Source: Podarcis liolepis
Lineage: Eukaryota
Length of the DNA: 64,000 nucleotides
Assembly: GCA_965112155.1 (NCBI GenBank)
Contig: OZ218103.1
Strand: one strand, 5' to 3'
Positions 1 through 13,400 of this stretch are shown in pieces. The notes under the pieces were generated by a model, which saw only the letters and a program-made list of their open reading frames with translations, was not told where the DNA came from and did no database searches. The stretch's first letter is position 1; the number at the start of each line of letters is the position of its first letter. Position numbers and translations under genes: made by a program.

Positions 1-1381
1 TAACTGCAACACAGGTCTCCACCGCTTTCACTCTTTCTCCCTTTTCGAACAAGTAGTTCTGTATTACAACTACAAAGCAGCTCTTCCTCATAGACTGAAA
101 TTTCTCATCTCAAGTTACATTTCTTTTCAAATATTTTTTCGCAGCAACTATACTTTTCCAATAAAGATCTAATTAACCCTTTCCCTTGTTTTGGCTTAGT
201 ACTCAAATAGCTTCCTAGGCTGGGATGGTCTGAAACCCAGGGCAAATTAGAGGTCTCCATAGCTTTGGACGCAGAACTGAGAGATACACACGCACCAGGT
301 TAAAGATGCTCCAGGCATTTGGATAATAAATATTACTGTGTGCTGGGGAGATGTGAGCCCTTATCAGAGGCACCAGCTTCTCCAGGCGATGGAGGAGATG
401 TTGTGCGACATCCTGACATCGTGCATGCAGCCCCCTGAACATTGAGGGTGCCTGGTCCGCTCCAAAAAACAAAACACATGGGGGGGATGGAAGTGTCTCA
501 GCCCTCAGAAGCCAGCGCCTATGGCTAATAAAGCAGCTGCGCTGTGGTATCTATTATAAAGGAGTAATTTATTATTTATGTTTTATATTTCATTGAAGAG
601 GGGGGTTTTAACAATTTGTTATATGAAGCTGCACTTGGTTCCAGAATGGAGGAGAGTGAGGTGAAGAAGCAAACAAGCAAATGAATATGAACAAGGCCAT
701 TTTCCCTCATCCAGACACCCTTTAAGTACCTGCTGAAGCATCATTCTCTCCTTTGGGCGTAAATGCTTCCTACTTTTCTGTATCCTCAAAGGCCAAATAT
801 AAATAATTGTAACAAACCAATAAGCATTGGCAATATCGACAACCCTAGAAAGAAGCTTGATGGATTTTCACCCAGAGGAATATAAGTTCTTGTGAACAGC
901 ACTGTATGAAAAAAGCCTGTGAAAATAAGTGGTCCACTAACTTTGTTCCTCTCCCAGCAGTCAAGCTAACTAGTTTGTGTGTGTTCTAATAATAAATTCT
1001 AATACTAATACTAACACTAGGTGGCAGTGGTGGTGCAGTTATCCCATTCTGATACATATGAACTGGCAAGGATTTTTTGTATTTTGATGAGCCTCATACT
1101 GAAATCCCAAATTATTATTCATAATATCATTTTGATTAATTACATTCGAAGCAACCATCTCATGGCGGTTTACACACAAGACAATCAAAAACATTTAAAA
1201 ACACAAAAACAGCAAATACATTTAAAACAAGACTAAAACCCTAATAAAGCAGACGGCAAGGGAAAGGCCCATTTATTTAAGGTGTTACAACTATACACAG
1301 AAAAACATTTGTGAAAAACACTGTCTACTTAAAACGAAGCAAAGGAACTTTTTCTATCCTGTTGCCAAAAACTATTATTAC

Positions 1382-1456
1382 CTTAGCAGCAAACCAAAGC
1401 CCAATTTTGTCAGCTTCCGCTTCCAATGTCCTGCTATATGGCCTATTGAACAGCAG
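1382..1456 (-). CDS. OMA1: OMA1 coding exon 6 (75 nt)
   Basis: CTTCTAG| ... |GTAATA; encodes [25 protein letters not shown]. Confidence 0.95.
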
Positions 1457-4400
1457 CTAGAAGGGAAAGGAAAGAGACATCAGAACTTTGCTCTTGCCAG
1501 TTTCTGAAACCAAAGTAAGCATTTTCCTAACTTACATACAACAAACAGACAAGTTTCAGCAGAAGCGTTCCCCCTCCTGCTCTTTCTGCAAAGGGCTTAG
1601 AGAAGAGGCTGTAGATGTACATTTTTTCTGGGGAATTTAGTAAAGGTAAAGGGACCCCTGACCATTAGGTCCAGTCGTGACCAACTCTCGGGTTGCGGCG
1701 CTCATCTCGCTTTATTGGCCGAGGGAGCTGGCGTACAGCTTCCATGTCATGTGGCCAGCATGACTAAGCTGTTTCTGGCGAACCAGAGCAGCGCACGGAA
1801 ATGGCGTTTACCTTCCCACCGGAGCGGTACCTATTTATCTACTCGCACTTTGATGTGCTTTCAAACTGCTAGGTTGGCAGGAGCAGGGACTGAGCAACGG
1901 GAGCTCACCCCATCGCGGGGATTCGAACCGCCGACCTTCTGATCGGCAAGTCCTAGGCTCTGTGGTTTAACCCACAGCGCCACCAGGAAGCAGCTAAATC
2001 AGCGGTTGCATTAGCAGCCTGGCTGAGGACCTGCTGCGTTCTAGAGTTTGGTTCCAATAAAAGCCATGCATGCCAGTGGTGCTTCTTCACTTTTTTCTCT
2101 CTCTCTCTGGTCTACAGTAGACGGAATGATAGCATGTGCTCCAGTGTTTTATAGACTGAAGTAGTGGGTGCAGCTAAGTGGGGAGTATTTGCATGGCCTG
2201 GCAAATAATGATAAGAGGCCGGAGTTAGCCACAGGTGAAAAAAGGAAACTAAAATGCATGCAGCCAGATGTGTTTTGATAATAAAAGCAGTGAAGTATGC
2301 TGCAGACACATCAGATACAGATAAAGAAACATCTATGTGCTTTATTGCATTTAGATCATTTAGCTGTCATTGGTCCCATTTTACAGGTGGTTACATAAAA
2401 CACTGAGGCACCACAATATGTGTGTTCACCTTTAAATCCATGGCAGAGGTCTTAAGGAAAAAAGCACCTCGGAGCATATACAGAGTGCTTTCCCCCTCAT
2501 ATTAAAGCTTTTCAATGCAAAATGTAATGCAAATATCCATGAATTATAATACAGTGTAAACCAACAAGTGTTGGTGACAGCAGAGCACAGAGATTGAAGT
2601 CAGAGAGAGAGGTGATGAGGGAGGAGGGTAACGACTTAGGATGACTGTAGAAGAGGCACTGTCTCGCCCCCAAGGAAAGCCCTGCCCAGCTCCAATCTAC
2701 CTGCCGCCCAGTTCCCAAAATGTCATGGGAAATTACCGTACCCACACATTGTAAGGCTTCACACTGCAATTATGACAGCAAAAAAACTTGGATAGCAGGT
2801 TTTCTGTGCAGTAGCCCAACTGAAAGTAAATTGCGCCTATGAAAGATGGACATGCCTTATTACAGCCTCAAGACTCTCCTCAGCTGTAATAGAGTTTATT
2901 CAGTTTCCACGTTTGTTCCTTTTTTAAAAAACAAACAAACTTGATTTTTCTGCCTGATATTTGACAATACTGCCAAATTTCGTTTCGTTTTAACCCTACA
3001 GGCATGGGGAGCACATGGGACCTACAGATGTGGATAGATTCCAACTCTCATCAGCCCCAGTCTGCATACTCAGTGGTCAGGAACCACCTGCAGGGCCACA
3101 GGGGCCCTTGCCCTAGTTCTGTAATGGACCAAAGTCCATTTGAATTGATACCATATTTCCAACTGCATTTCAAATACCTCATATTTTGCATGGACCACAG
3201 GTTTCATAAACTTACTCCCCTTCCAGAGTGTCACTGACAACAGTGGAATTGGGATCTTTTTAATTCAGTACTCTGAGGATGCAGCTTTTCAAATCTTGTA
3301 TTAATCATGTATTAATCTTGAGAGCAGTACATGTGAAAAGGATCTAGGAGTCTTGGTTGACCACAAACTTGACATGAGCCAACAGTGTGACGCGGCAGCT
3401 AAAAAAGCCAATGCAATTCCGGGCTGCATCAATAGGAGTATAGCATCTAGATCAAGGGAAGTAATAGTGCCACTGTATTCTGCTCTGGTCAGACCTCACC
3501 TGGAGTACTGTGTCCAGTTCTGGGCACCACAGTTCAAGAAGGACACTGACAAACTGGAACGTGTCCAGAGGAGGGCAACCAAAATGGTCAAAGGCCTGGA
3601 AACGATGCCTTATGAGGAACGGCTAAGGGAGCTGGGCATGTTTAGCCTGGAGAAGAGGAGGTTAAGGGGTGATATGATAGCCATGTTCAAATATATAAAA
3701 GGATGTCACATAGAGGAGGGAGAAGGTTGTTTTCTGCTGCTCCAGAGAAGCGGACACAGAGCAATGGATCCAAACTACAAGAAAGAAAATTCCACCAAAA
3801 CATTAGGAAGAACTTCCTGACAGTAAGAGCTGTTCGACAGTGGAATTTGCTGCCAAGGAGTGTGGTGGAGTCTCCTCCTTTGGAGGTCTTTAAGCAGAGG
3901 CTTCACAACCATATATCAGGAGTGCTCTGATGGTGTTTCCTGCTTGGCAGGGGGTTGGACTCGATGGCCCTTGTGGTCTCTTCCAACTCTATGATTCTAT
4001 GGTTCTATTCTATGATTCTAATCTTGCAATAACACATTTTCACCAGCTGGTAAAAAAAACTACCTGGCCACATGGTTATTCCAAGGCACTATGTTATATT
4101 GTTACTTTACTGCAGCGGTTTTATTTTGTAAACCGCCTTATTTTTCACAACGAAAGGTGGTTTATGAACACTACCAAATGAAATAAAAATTTTTAATTTG
4201 AGAAGCCAATCTTTTCAAAGAGGTACCTCAAAATGGTCTTGCTCAGTGCCTTGTGGGTCACCAGAGATCACATTTAATTATGCGACTTATTGACTTCCGG
4301 TTGTCAGTGATAATACAAAGTTACAACATTGACTTGAGAGGATAATATGGAATATTGCTAAAGGGAGAAGCACTGTACCCAGCCCAGACAGCTGTGGAAA

Positions 4401-7400
4401 CCAAGAAACAGCGATAATAAAATCACCACGTTTCTGCAACCTCAGAAGTTTTCCTGGCACCTCCCTTTTTAAAAAGAAAAGAGCTACCACAGGCATTTTA
4501 CACTTCTGGAACGTGAAGAGAAAGAAACTGCCAAATGTGACAGAGAGCGAAGAACTGGGTTTGGCAACTTGTGTACTATAAAGCAAGCCTGGTGCTGAAG
4601 TATCATTGATCATCCTGACAGTTCTCTCAGCCATTTTAGGTTAGGTTACTGAACTGCCTTTTCCTACATCTCTGATTTTATTCCTGACTGGCAGGAAGTT
4701 CAAGTGTAATAAGAAACTTTGCAGGGAGAGCAGGACCATTTATTCTCTTCTCAGTTCCTGGTTAATGAGCCTTGTAGCATGGAGCAAAAGAAAAAGAAAG
4801 AAAGAAAGAAAGAAACCCAAGTGGAAGGATCTCAGGGCATCTGAGGTTCTCGGATCACTTGGGGAGATCTGTGGATTTCACCCAAGAATGTTAAAATAGC
4901 ACAATATTGGCTCAACAGATGTACAAAGAACAATACTGCATTTTAAATCGTTTTCCGGGTGATCAAGCTAACCTTTAAAAATGCAATGGCATAAAAGGAG
5001 AAGGAAGTTCTACTGCAAAATGCATGCCATCCTCCAGAGATTGAACATTGTGGGTGATGAATGCTACAGTAGAATTTAAATTATTGATTCTAGGTAAGTA
5101 TGCTCCACTCAGTAGTATGGCTAGGGGCAGCAGAATGAGTTTATAAGAAAAATGTTTACTGGCTCAGAGCAGCGGCCAGGGAAATAACAAAGTACTTCCA
5201 TTTCCTAGTGTTGACTCCCAGCAGTCTGAAGTTTACAAACTAGAAGGCAATATATGTGTCTTTCGTGAATCAATCCAATGGTGTTTTTTAAAAACAAACA
5301 AGCAAACAAACCACACCTATGACAGTATGCATAATACACCCACAAAATGACCTACCTTTCTTGCGACTCTGAGATCAAGACCTGCTTCCCATGGGGAAAA
5401 GGCAAGCCAGGGCTTGTAATTAGCTACTCACCCAGGCTGAACTGCAGTTTCTTTCCCCTTCTTAGATCCAACACGCAAGCTGACTTAAGACCGTAAGTTT
5501 ACTGCTAGATCAGGTCCATAGTCTATTAAATGAAGCATTGTGTCCTGTAATACAGAGACCTCTCCCCACAAGGAACACCCCCGATGCAGGAGCTAGACGA
5601 ATGCTCTGTAGAACGGTGATCATCTTACCTCTTGAAACCAAGCTTGGAGCCAGTGGCCTATGATTGCTAAGCTGTCTGCAGGGCAAACAGCCCAAATCAT
5701 TATGAGAAGAATGAGGAGCACGAAATCCACAAAATGCATCAGGCTCGCCTTCTCTGCCTTAAAACAAGGAAAAGGGTATTTTAAAACCACCTATTTATGT
5801 CCTAATCTTGCGCATGGATATTTAAGGTTTTCTGTATTCAAAACGATGCGCTGTCTACCGACCCCTTTTACAAAACGTGAAGACGCAGAAGTTGCTGTTA
5901 CTTCTCCAACTTGGTTCACCAGCTGTTGCTGGACTACAACTCCCATCACATCCTGCTAGCTAAGGATTATGGGAGTTGTAGTCCAACTGGAGATCCAACT
6001 TGGAGAAACACTGTATGAAGCCACAATGCTGGCAGAAGAAGTACTGGATGCTGGAAAGCACCAACCCTGGGTAAGGAAGGCCTATAAAGAGCTATTCAGT
6101 TGTACGACACACCCCTAACTTCTGACTTCAATTAACATCACAGATGCAGAGTTTGGAGCAAAGCTTATTAGCCCTAGGAGGCAGGCTGTGAGCATCGCTG
6201 GGTAATTCCAGTCAAATATGGTGGTCTCCACATTGGTCACCTATGACCATGTGTTTAGTTTCAGAGGGCTTTGGCAACGTCACTTTTTAAATCAGGATAC
6301 ATACCCCGTGTCCCAGAACAGCATGAGCAAGTTCATGTCCCAGAATGAAAGACAGCTCATTGATATCTGACACAGCAGATAGCATACCAGTGAAAACAAA
6401 CAGTTGTCCATTCTGCAGGCAAAGAGAGGAAAGATAATACTGCAAACAAATTGTTTCACAGAGCAATCCAAAGTGGGGGTGGGGGTGAACCCACAGCTTG
6501 GCCAGGCCAGCACCAGCAGAGCAGAAAAATTGGGGGGGGGGGAGAGACAGAATGAAGGAAAAAAGAGAAGTTGTGTTTCTTCTTTATTCCTCCTTTTCTT
6601 CAGCACACTTCTTTTGGGGGGCGAGGTGAGGAAGGGAGACTTTCCTGCACGTTGGTCAGAAAAGGAGAGAAAATCAGCACGCAAACTTCAGGACATGTTT
6701 TCTCTCGACCCGTGTATGTGGACTGGGGGAGGCTGGATCCCAGAAGCTCCTCTTCTCCCCCACACCTTTTTGCCCTCTCTACTGTGAAAGCAATAATGGC
6801 AGAGGAAGGACAGCGGTACCAAGTCAAGCCCAATACTGTCTGCACTGACTGGCAGAGGCTCCTCCTGAGGGATTCAGATTTGGTGACATGCCCAGCCTCG
6901 CCTGCAGAAGCCAGGGACTGAATCTGGAAGAGCAAGGAGATGCTCTGCCTCTGAGATATGACCCCCCACCCTCACCGCCAAGAGGGAGAGGCACAAAATC
7001 CTTCGGCCTCTGGGACGTCCTCCCAAGGACAACAGGAATGCGCTGTCAGTAGCTTCTTTCCGAATTATTACATCTCTTGGTGTTCGATTTTTACTTACTG
7101 GAAGCACAACAGCATTAATGTCTGGTCCCTCCACCACATGGATAGTCCACTTGAACTCAGAGAGTCCTGGAAAATCCTTGTTGCTGTCAACCAAATGCAA
7201 AAAGACTTTTTTGACCTCCTGGTAACGGGGGTCCGTTTCAGGCAACATTCTGCTTTTAAATTCTTCGACCCACTGGAAGAAAAAGAGGACGCAGCATACT
7301 GACCGATTCAAGGCAAGTAAAATTGCAATTAAGAGATACAATATGCATGAATATCCATGGAAGAGGTAAAGGTACCCCTGCCCGTACGGGCCAGTCTTGC

Positions 7401-10400
7401 CAGACTCTAGGGTTGTGCGCCCATCTCACTCAAGAGGCCGTGGGCCAGCGCTGTCCGAAGACACTTCCGGGTCACGTGGCCAGCGTGACATCGCTGCTCT
7501 GGCGAACCAGAGCCGCACACGGAAACGCCGTTTACCTTCCCGCTGGTAAGCGGTCCCTATTTATCTACTTGCACCCGGAGGTGCTTTCGAACTGCTAGGT
7601 TGGCAGGCGCTGGGACCGAACGACGGGAGCGCACCCCGCCGCAGGGATTCGAACCGCCGACCTTTCGATCGGCAAGCCCTAGGCGCTGAGGCTTTTACCC
7701 ACAGCGCCACCTGCGAATATCCATGGAAGAGAGGTCAGTATAAATAAAAAAACATATGACGCAATCTAATTCAGAGCAGGGAGGAGACATACACCATACT
7801 ATTAGGGCATGATGAATTTTTCAACTCCCAAATTCCCAAAATGAAGGGTGCGAAAAAGTTGTAGAATGACTTGGGAATTCGAAAGATATTTTGTTACATT
7901 AATCTAATTTTGTTCGGTAAATGTGTGTAAAATTGCATAGAAATAATTTAAAAATGACTGCCAAGTACTTACATTTTAATATTATTCTTGTTTTCTAATA
8001 TTATGTATATTAATGATTTTACCTGACACTTTCAGAAGGCAAAATTAAAATTCTTTGGCTTTCCAAAAGCAGTTTATTTGCTTCTTAATCAAACGAAGTC
8101 TTAGCAAGCTAAATGTTGTCCAATCGCAAATATAACAGCAGATTTGAATCCCCCGCACCCAAAAACGAATTTTTAAGACCCCCTCGTGGAAGAAATTTGC
8201 CAAAATTAAATTTCACCCCCTAAAATGATATGCCCTGCTGTACAATATCCATTTAGGGAATAAAATTTAAAGATTTGCGCGAGCAAAATATTTAACTCAG
8301 GAAAGGTGACCTAATGACATGGGATACATCAGCGATTATATTTACATATATTATTTACTAACAAGCAATATTCATCTTCCTCATGTAACAAGCAGTAAAA
8401 ACAGATATTCTCAATCCTTGCACTGCCAACACTCCTTAAATGGAAGAAAAATTCCCTCAGCTATGTGGGAAGGCCAGAAAACAGGATATATGCTTCATAT
8501 AAGTTCCCATCTTCAATCACCAGCATTGGGCATTAATAAGGGTCTCAAGTAGTAGAGCGGGAGACCCTGAACTGTTACTGTGAGTCATCTCAGTTACTGC
8601 TAAGTGGGGCAGGGGAATTATTATTATTTTTGCTTTTTTTAAACAGCTACCCACCATGGCATACTCCATCTGGGACAATTCAGCAAAATGGTCTTTCCGA
8701 AACACCAGAAGCCGAGAACGTCCAGTGATTGGTGTCTCTTCCAAGTGAGTAAAATAAAACAGGATAAATACAAGTCCTAAAGTACACAGGCCCAGGGCTA
8801 TCTTCCATTTATTTCTTCTTGCAGCTTCTTTAAACAGCTCCTTCTTGTTTGGAGGAAGTGCCCTCCACCATTTTCTTATGCTCCTGTAAGGCACAAATAT
8901 AGCAAAGTTCGAGGAAGCCAGAGCGAATCGCAAGTGTCCCTGACTGCTGCACCCTCATCAGTGCTACCAGCATGTGTTATAAATGTCAAAACTTAACAGA
9001 CAAGCTTCTCTGCTTAATGCAAACAAATAGCATGCTAGTGCATGATGCCCCAAAGTTCTTTCGCCTGCTGTGCCACCAGGAAACAAACCATGGTCTGGCT
9101 TGTTTTGAGTGCCCAACCTGAGGCTCATGGCGTGTCAACCACAAGTGGTATGCCAAGACCAAACCTTGATTGCCACATGATTTATTTGGAAGGAAAGAAA
9201 CCATAGGCCTGAGTTTGGATGTAACAACAAGCCAGGATCTCTTTCCTGTTAGCTTAGCAACAGCAGAAACAGAAAAAGAGCAGAGCAAAACCTTTTCAGT
9301 GGCACAGACTAACATGCGGAGTGCTCACATTAAACCATAGTTAACATCGTTAGTTGTCTTTAGCTATGGTTTAATGTGACACTGATACAACAAGCTATGA
9401 GGCTGCAGCAATGTTCACTTTGATACCTCACTCTACAAGAGTAAAACGGATATGCTGCACATTCTTGTACACATGAGAGAAATGGGGAATTAGGGGGGTT
9501 TGCTGGTTAACCTGGTGTCAGGCTCCGGGGACTTGGCTTCCTTCCCCCCCTTTGGCCGTAGATAAGCAGGACAAAGCAAAGAGTCCCTTGCCATTTAAAG
9601 AGTCTTTAATCATCACAGCAAAAGAACAAAGCATTCATTATTAGAATTGAAGGTGTTCCAAATTGAGGCTTCCTCCCACTTCCCCCCAGTCACTTCCATC
9701 TCGCAACCACCATGCTTTTTGTGTAGCCATCTTATCTGCTCTGTGTGACCTTGGACTGATATACTGAATACTTTCCAGTGAGAGAGAGTCTGTTAGCTGT
9801 CTCTCTTCCTGTTCTTCTTCACTTTGATGTTCACCCCCCAGTTCTTCTCAACGTTCGTCATCAGAACTATGCCCCTCTGCAAACCACTGTTCCAAATCTT
9901 TACTGCTCCAGGGCAGCTTCAGGATCCTGATCAGGAGCAGGGGGAGAGCAGTACTCCTCAGCTTGGTCTCTGACACCTAGAGAGTGTGGGGCCTCCCAAA
10001 CTAAGGAGATTGGTTAGCTGCGTGTTATGAGGAGTCTGAGAGATGAGGAAAGGCAGCTGAGGGCTGTGCATAAGCACAACAAGAAGGGGTGGGGGAGAGA
10101 GCTGGTGTAGGGAAGGAGGAAAGCTGAATGGGAAGTAAACAGGAGGAAGATATGGCAAATAGTGAGTGTGGAACCACCATCACTCTCATCAAACAAATGG
10201 GCAGCATCATATTTGGGATTTAAAAGGCTATGTGCACATATCCACAGCTGGACAGGAACCCAGGACCCATTTATGCATACAGCTGCCCACAAAGCTAGGG
10301 ATCTACATAAAGTCTTGCTTCTGTACATATTAAACCCATAGGTGGATCAGGCAGCTTTTAAGGCATCCAGGTTAAGGCAAGTCATAGGCTGAGAAGGTGA

Positions 10401-13400
10401 GTTTAAAAAGAAGATGGATTTCAAGAACAAATAAATAAATAGGGAGAGATGGGGCAGTACCTACCTAGTATGCACATGTTTGTACAGAAAGAACTTCCAT
10501 TTCAAATGAAGAGGAAGCAAAAGTGAGGTAATATAATGCCAGGCACGTGGCAAGATATTACAGTCGTACCTCCGGTTACTAACTTAATTTGTTCCAGAGG
10601 TCCGTTCTTAACCAGAAACCATTCTTAACCAGAGGCGTGCTTTCGCTAATGGGGCCTCCTGCTGCCGCCACACCGCCGGCACACGGCTTCCATTCGTATC
10701 CCAGGGCAAGGTTCGCTGCTAGGAGCACCTACTTCCGACTTAGCGGAGGTTCATTACCCGAAGCATTCGTAAGCAGGATGGTACATAACCCGAGGTTGCA
10801 CAGTATACCAAAAAAAAAAAAGTGGGAGATTGCTCAATTGAAATTTGAGGAACCAAACAGCAGTTTGAATAATCTAAAGTATTCTCCTTCTAAACATTTT
10901 TTTTAAAAAAAAGTAATTTCTACAGATCTAAAATCTGGCTTCAATGAAGCCTTTGAGAATGGAAAAGGAAAGCCAAAACAAAAATCTAATGCATATTTAA
11001 AGGCTGAGAAACCATTAACTATCATATTCTATTTTAAAAAACAACATTCTGCTCTGGAGAATAATAAGAAAAAGAAGCAAGTTTCAAAACACTGAGACAC
11101 CTTATTTACAGTAAGAAAAATGTGTTCATTTAATAACAAAGAAAAGGTTTAATAAGGGATGGGATTTACCACATATACCACGATGGTTTTCCACAGGGTC
11201 CAACTTGTATATACAATTTAAATTTAATAGATGGTTCCTTGAGCAGCAACAGAACATCCATATTGCAAAAGCACAAGTGGAGCATCATTTGCTGTTTTGG
11301 CCTGCATAGTGAATATGTAAAGTTTATGGCCAGAATCCAGAGCACTGTAAAAGCAGCTCCAAGGGGGGTTTTATACTTGTTTTCCTCAAACAGAAGTCCT
11401 CCCTCTATGCCACAAGGCAAACCTGAGGACTTCCAAAACCAAGAATAATTTTCAAAAGCGATTTGTTACGTGGCATAGGGAAGTAAAGGAGTCAGCTCTT
11501 CAGAGTCAAAAATTCTACTGCACTACAGCAAGCCTCAACTTTCTGGATCACGAACTATATATATACAGTGGTACCTCGGGTTACAAACACCTTGGGTTAC
11601 AAACACTTTCTGGTTACAGACACGGAAGTAGTACCTCGGGTTAAGTACTTTGCCCCAGGATGAGAATAGAAATCGTGCACTGGCAGCACGGCGGCAGCGG
11701 GAGGCCCCATTAGCTAAAGTGGTACCTCAGGTTAAGAACCAATTAAGTTTGTAACCAGAGGTACCACTGTACTAGAAAACTAGATGCATGCTTTGTGATT
11801 GACCTATTCTTAAGCCCAAATTACTCAACCTCCGATCCAGAAAAACAGCTTACAAGGTGAAGCATCAGACACATGCCCTTACCACCGCTCATAAATCCAA
11901 GTGCGACGCAGGCCTATATATGCAGTGCCCCAGATTCTGAGAACCTTCCACTCCTTTCCCAGGAAGTTTGCAAAGGTGTGGCTTCCTCAGCAGGATAGTA
12001 CATGCATGGGGACAGTGCTGCAGCAGCCCTCTGATGTGCACATGATATCTAGATTGGAGATTAGTAGCCAAATTACCTTTTAAAAGGTGACTAGAGGTGA
12101 GGATGTGCTCCTAATATTAGAAGTGCGTTACCAAGATCCAAATTTCGTTAACCGATTGGTCTGCAAGCTAGGAACGAAACTCACTGCGCTGAGTCACTCT
12201 TAAAAACTTGAGAGACGCAACTACTTCCTTGGTGGAAATTACACAACAAGGTGTGTCTTGGCAACACAGTTAAAAACATTCTAAATTTTATTTTATTATA
12301 AAGAGGAAATTTTTTAAAGGATAATAAAGTGCCTAACTGCTGGTGGCATTTAGGAGAAAAGGGCACTGCTCAGACAGTATAGAACTAAAAGCACAGGAAG
12401 AACACTCTGCACCTAAGCCACCAAGTTGATGCCATTTCAAACTAAGCATATTTAAAGCATGCTTATTTCTTCTGCTTCATTCCCACCTTCCCACCAAAGT
12501 GATGAACAGAGTTGCATACTCCACTTCAGAGGTGTTTCAGAGCTTCGCAGATTTCAAATCAAGGAAGCAGTTGGCCTTTCAAGTAATTAAAACCTGGCTA
12601 AGGTAAATGAAAATCAATAAAAACCAAAACATATCCCCAAAGCAGGGGCTGCTTTCATGGGAAAGCACAGAAACAGAGGTGCGATTTATCATGGTTCCAG
12701 GCCGAGAATGGACAATACTCACTCTCTCCTTCCTACAGCCCCTGCCCCATCCTCTTTACAAGAATCAAAAGTGGTACTGTACTATCAACCTAGTGCCTAG
12801 AGCCAGGAGACATTATCCCTCAGTACTGGGAAGGCGGGCGAGGGACCAGAAAGCACCACAATGCTATTCTAGCATCCTTTGCTGGAGGATAGAGGTAGAA
12901 TATTCACGTATTTGGGGGAACAGTTTGGGAAACAGCATAGAAATGTACTTTACCCATTTTTATCCAAGTTACACATGTTCTTCCAAGCTACCTCACCAGG
13001 CTTTAAAACAGGTGAGAGGAGGAGGGGAGCAGAGACACAAAATCAGCAGTCATTCTCACAAAAAGTGAGCTTTCACCATCTACAGTGGTACCTCAGGTTA
13101 CATACGCTTCAGGTTACAGACTCCGCTAACCCAGAAATAGTGCTTCAGGTTAAGAACTTTGCTTCAGGATGAAAACAGAAATCGGGCTCCAGCAGGAGGC
13201 CCCATTAGCTAAAGTGGTGCTTCAGGTTAAGAACAGTTTCAGGTTAAGTACGGACCTCCAGAATGAATTAAGTACTTAACCTGAGGTACCACTGTATTTG
13301 CAAGGCTCCTTTCCAACATTATGAGCATGCCAGACAATCTCATGTGAAGTTTGCAAAGTATCCTATTAAGCTTGCATCTAAATTTACATTGCAACAATGT

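Noticed and set aside
1-1381. Remaining OMA1 exons (expected WLSTHP motif)
   Set aside because: I found no matching peptide here; the exons presumably lie beyond the left edge.
1900-1984. tRNA gene (A and B boxes; also near 7640-7714 and 59010-59090)
   Set aside because: These are tRNA-derived SINE heads continuous with SINE bodies.
3353-3930. 155-aa and 75-aa ORFs as a host gene
   Set aside because: They are the frameshifted C-terminus of CR1 ORF2.
6293-6304. U12-like GTATCC motif at an OMA1 donor
   Set aside because: The frame-consistent donor is GTATGT. GTATCCTG lies 4 nt inside the intron and departs from the consensus, and the downstream acceptor has a normal pyrimidine tract.
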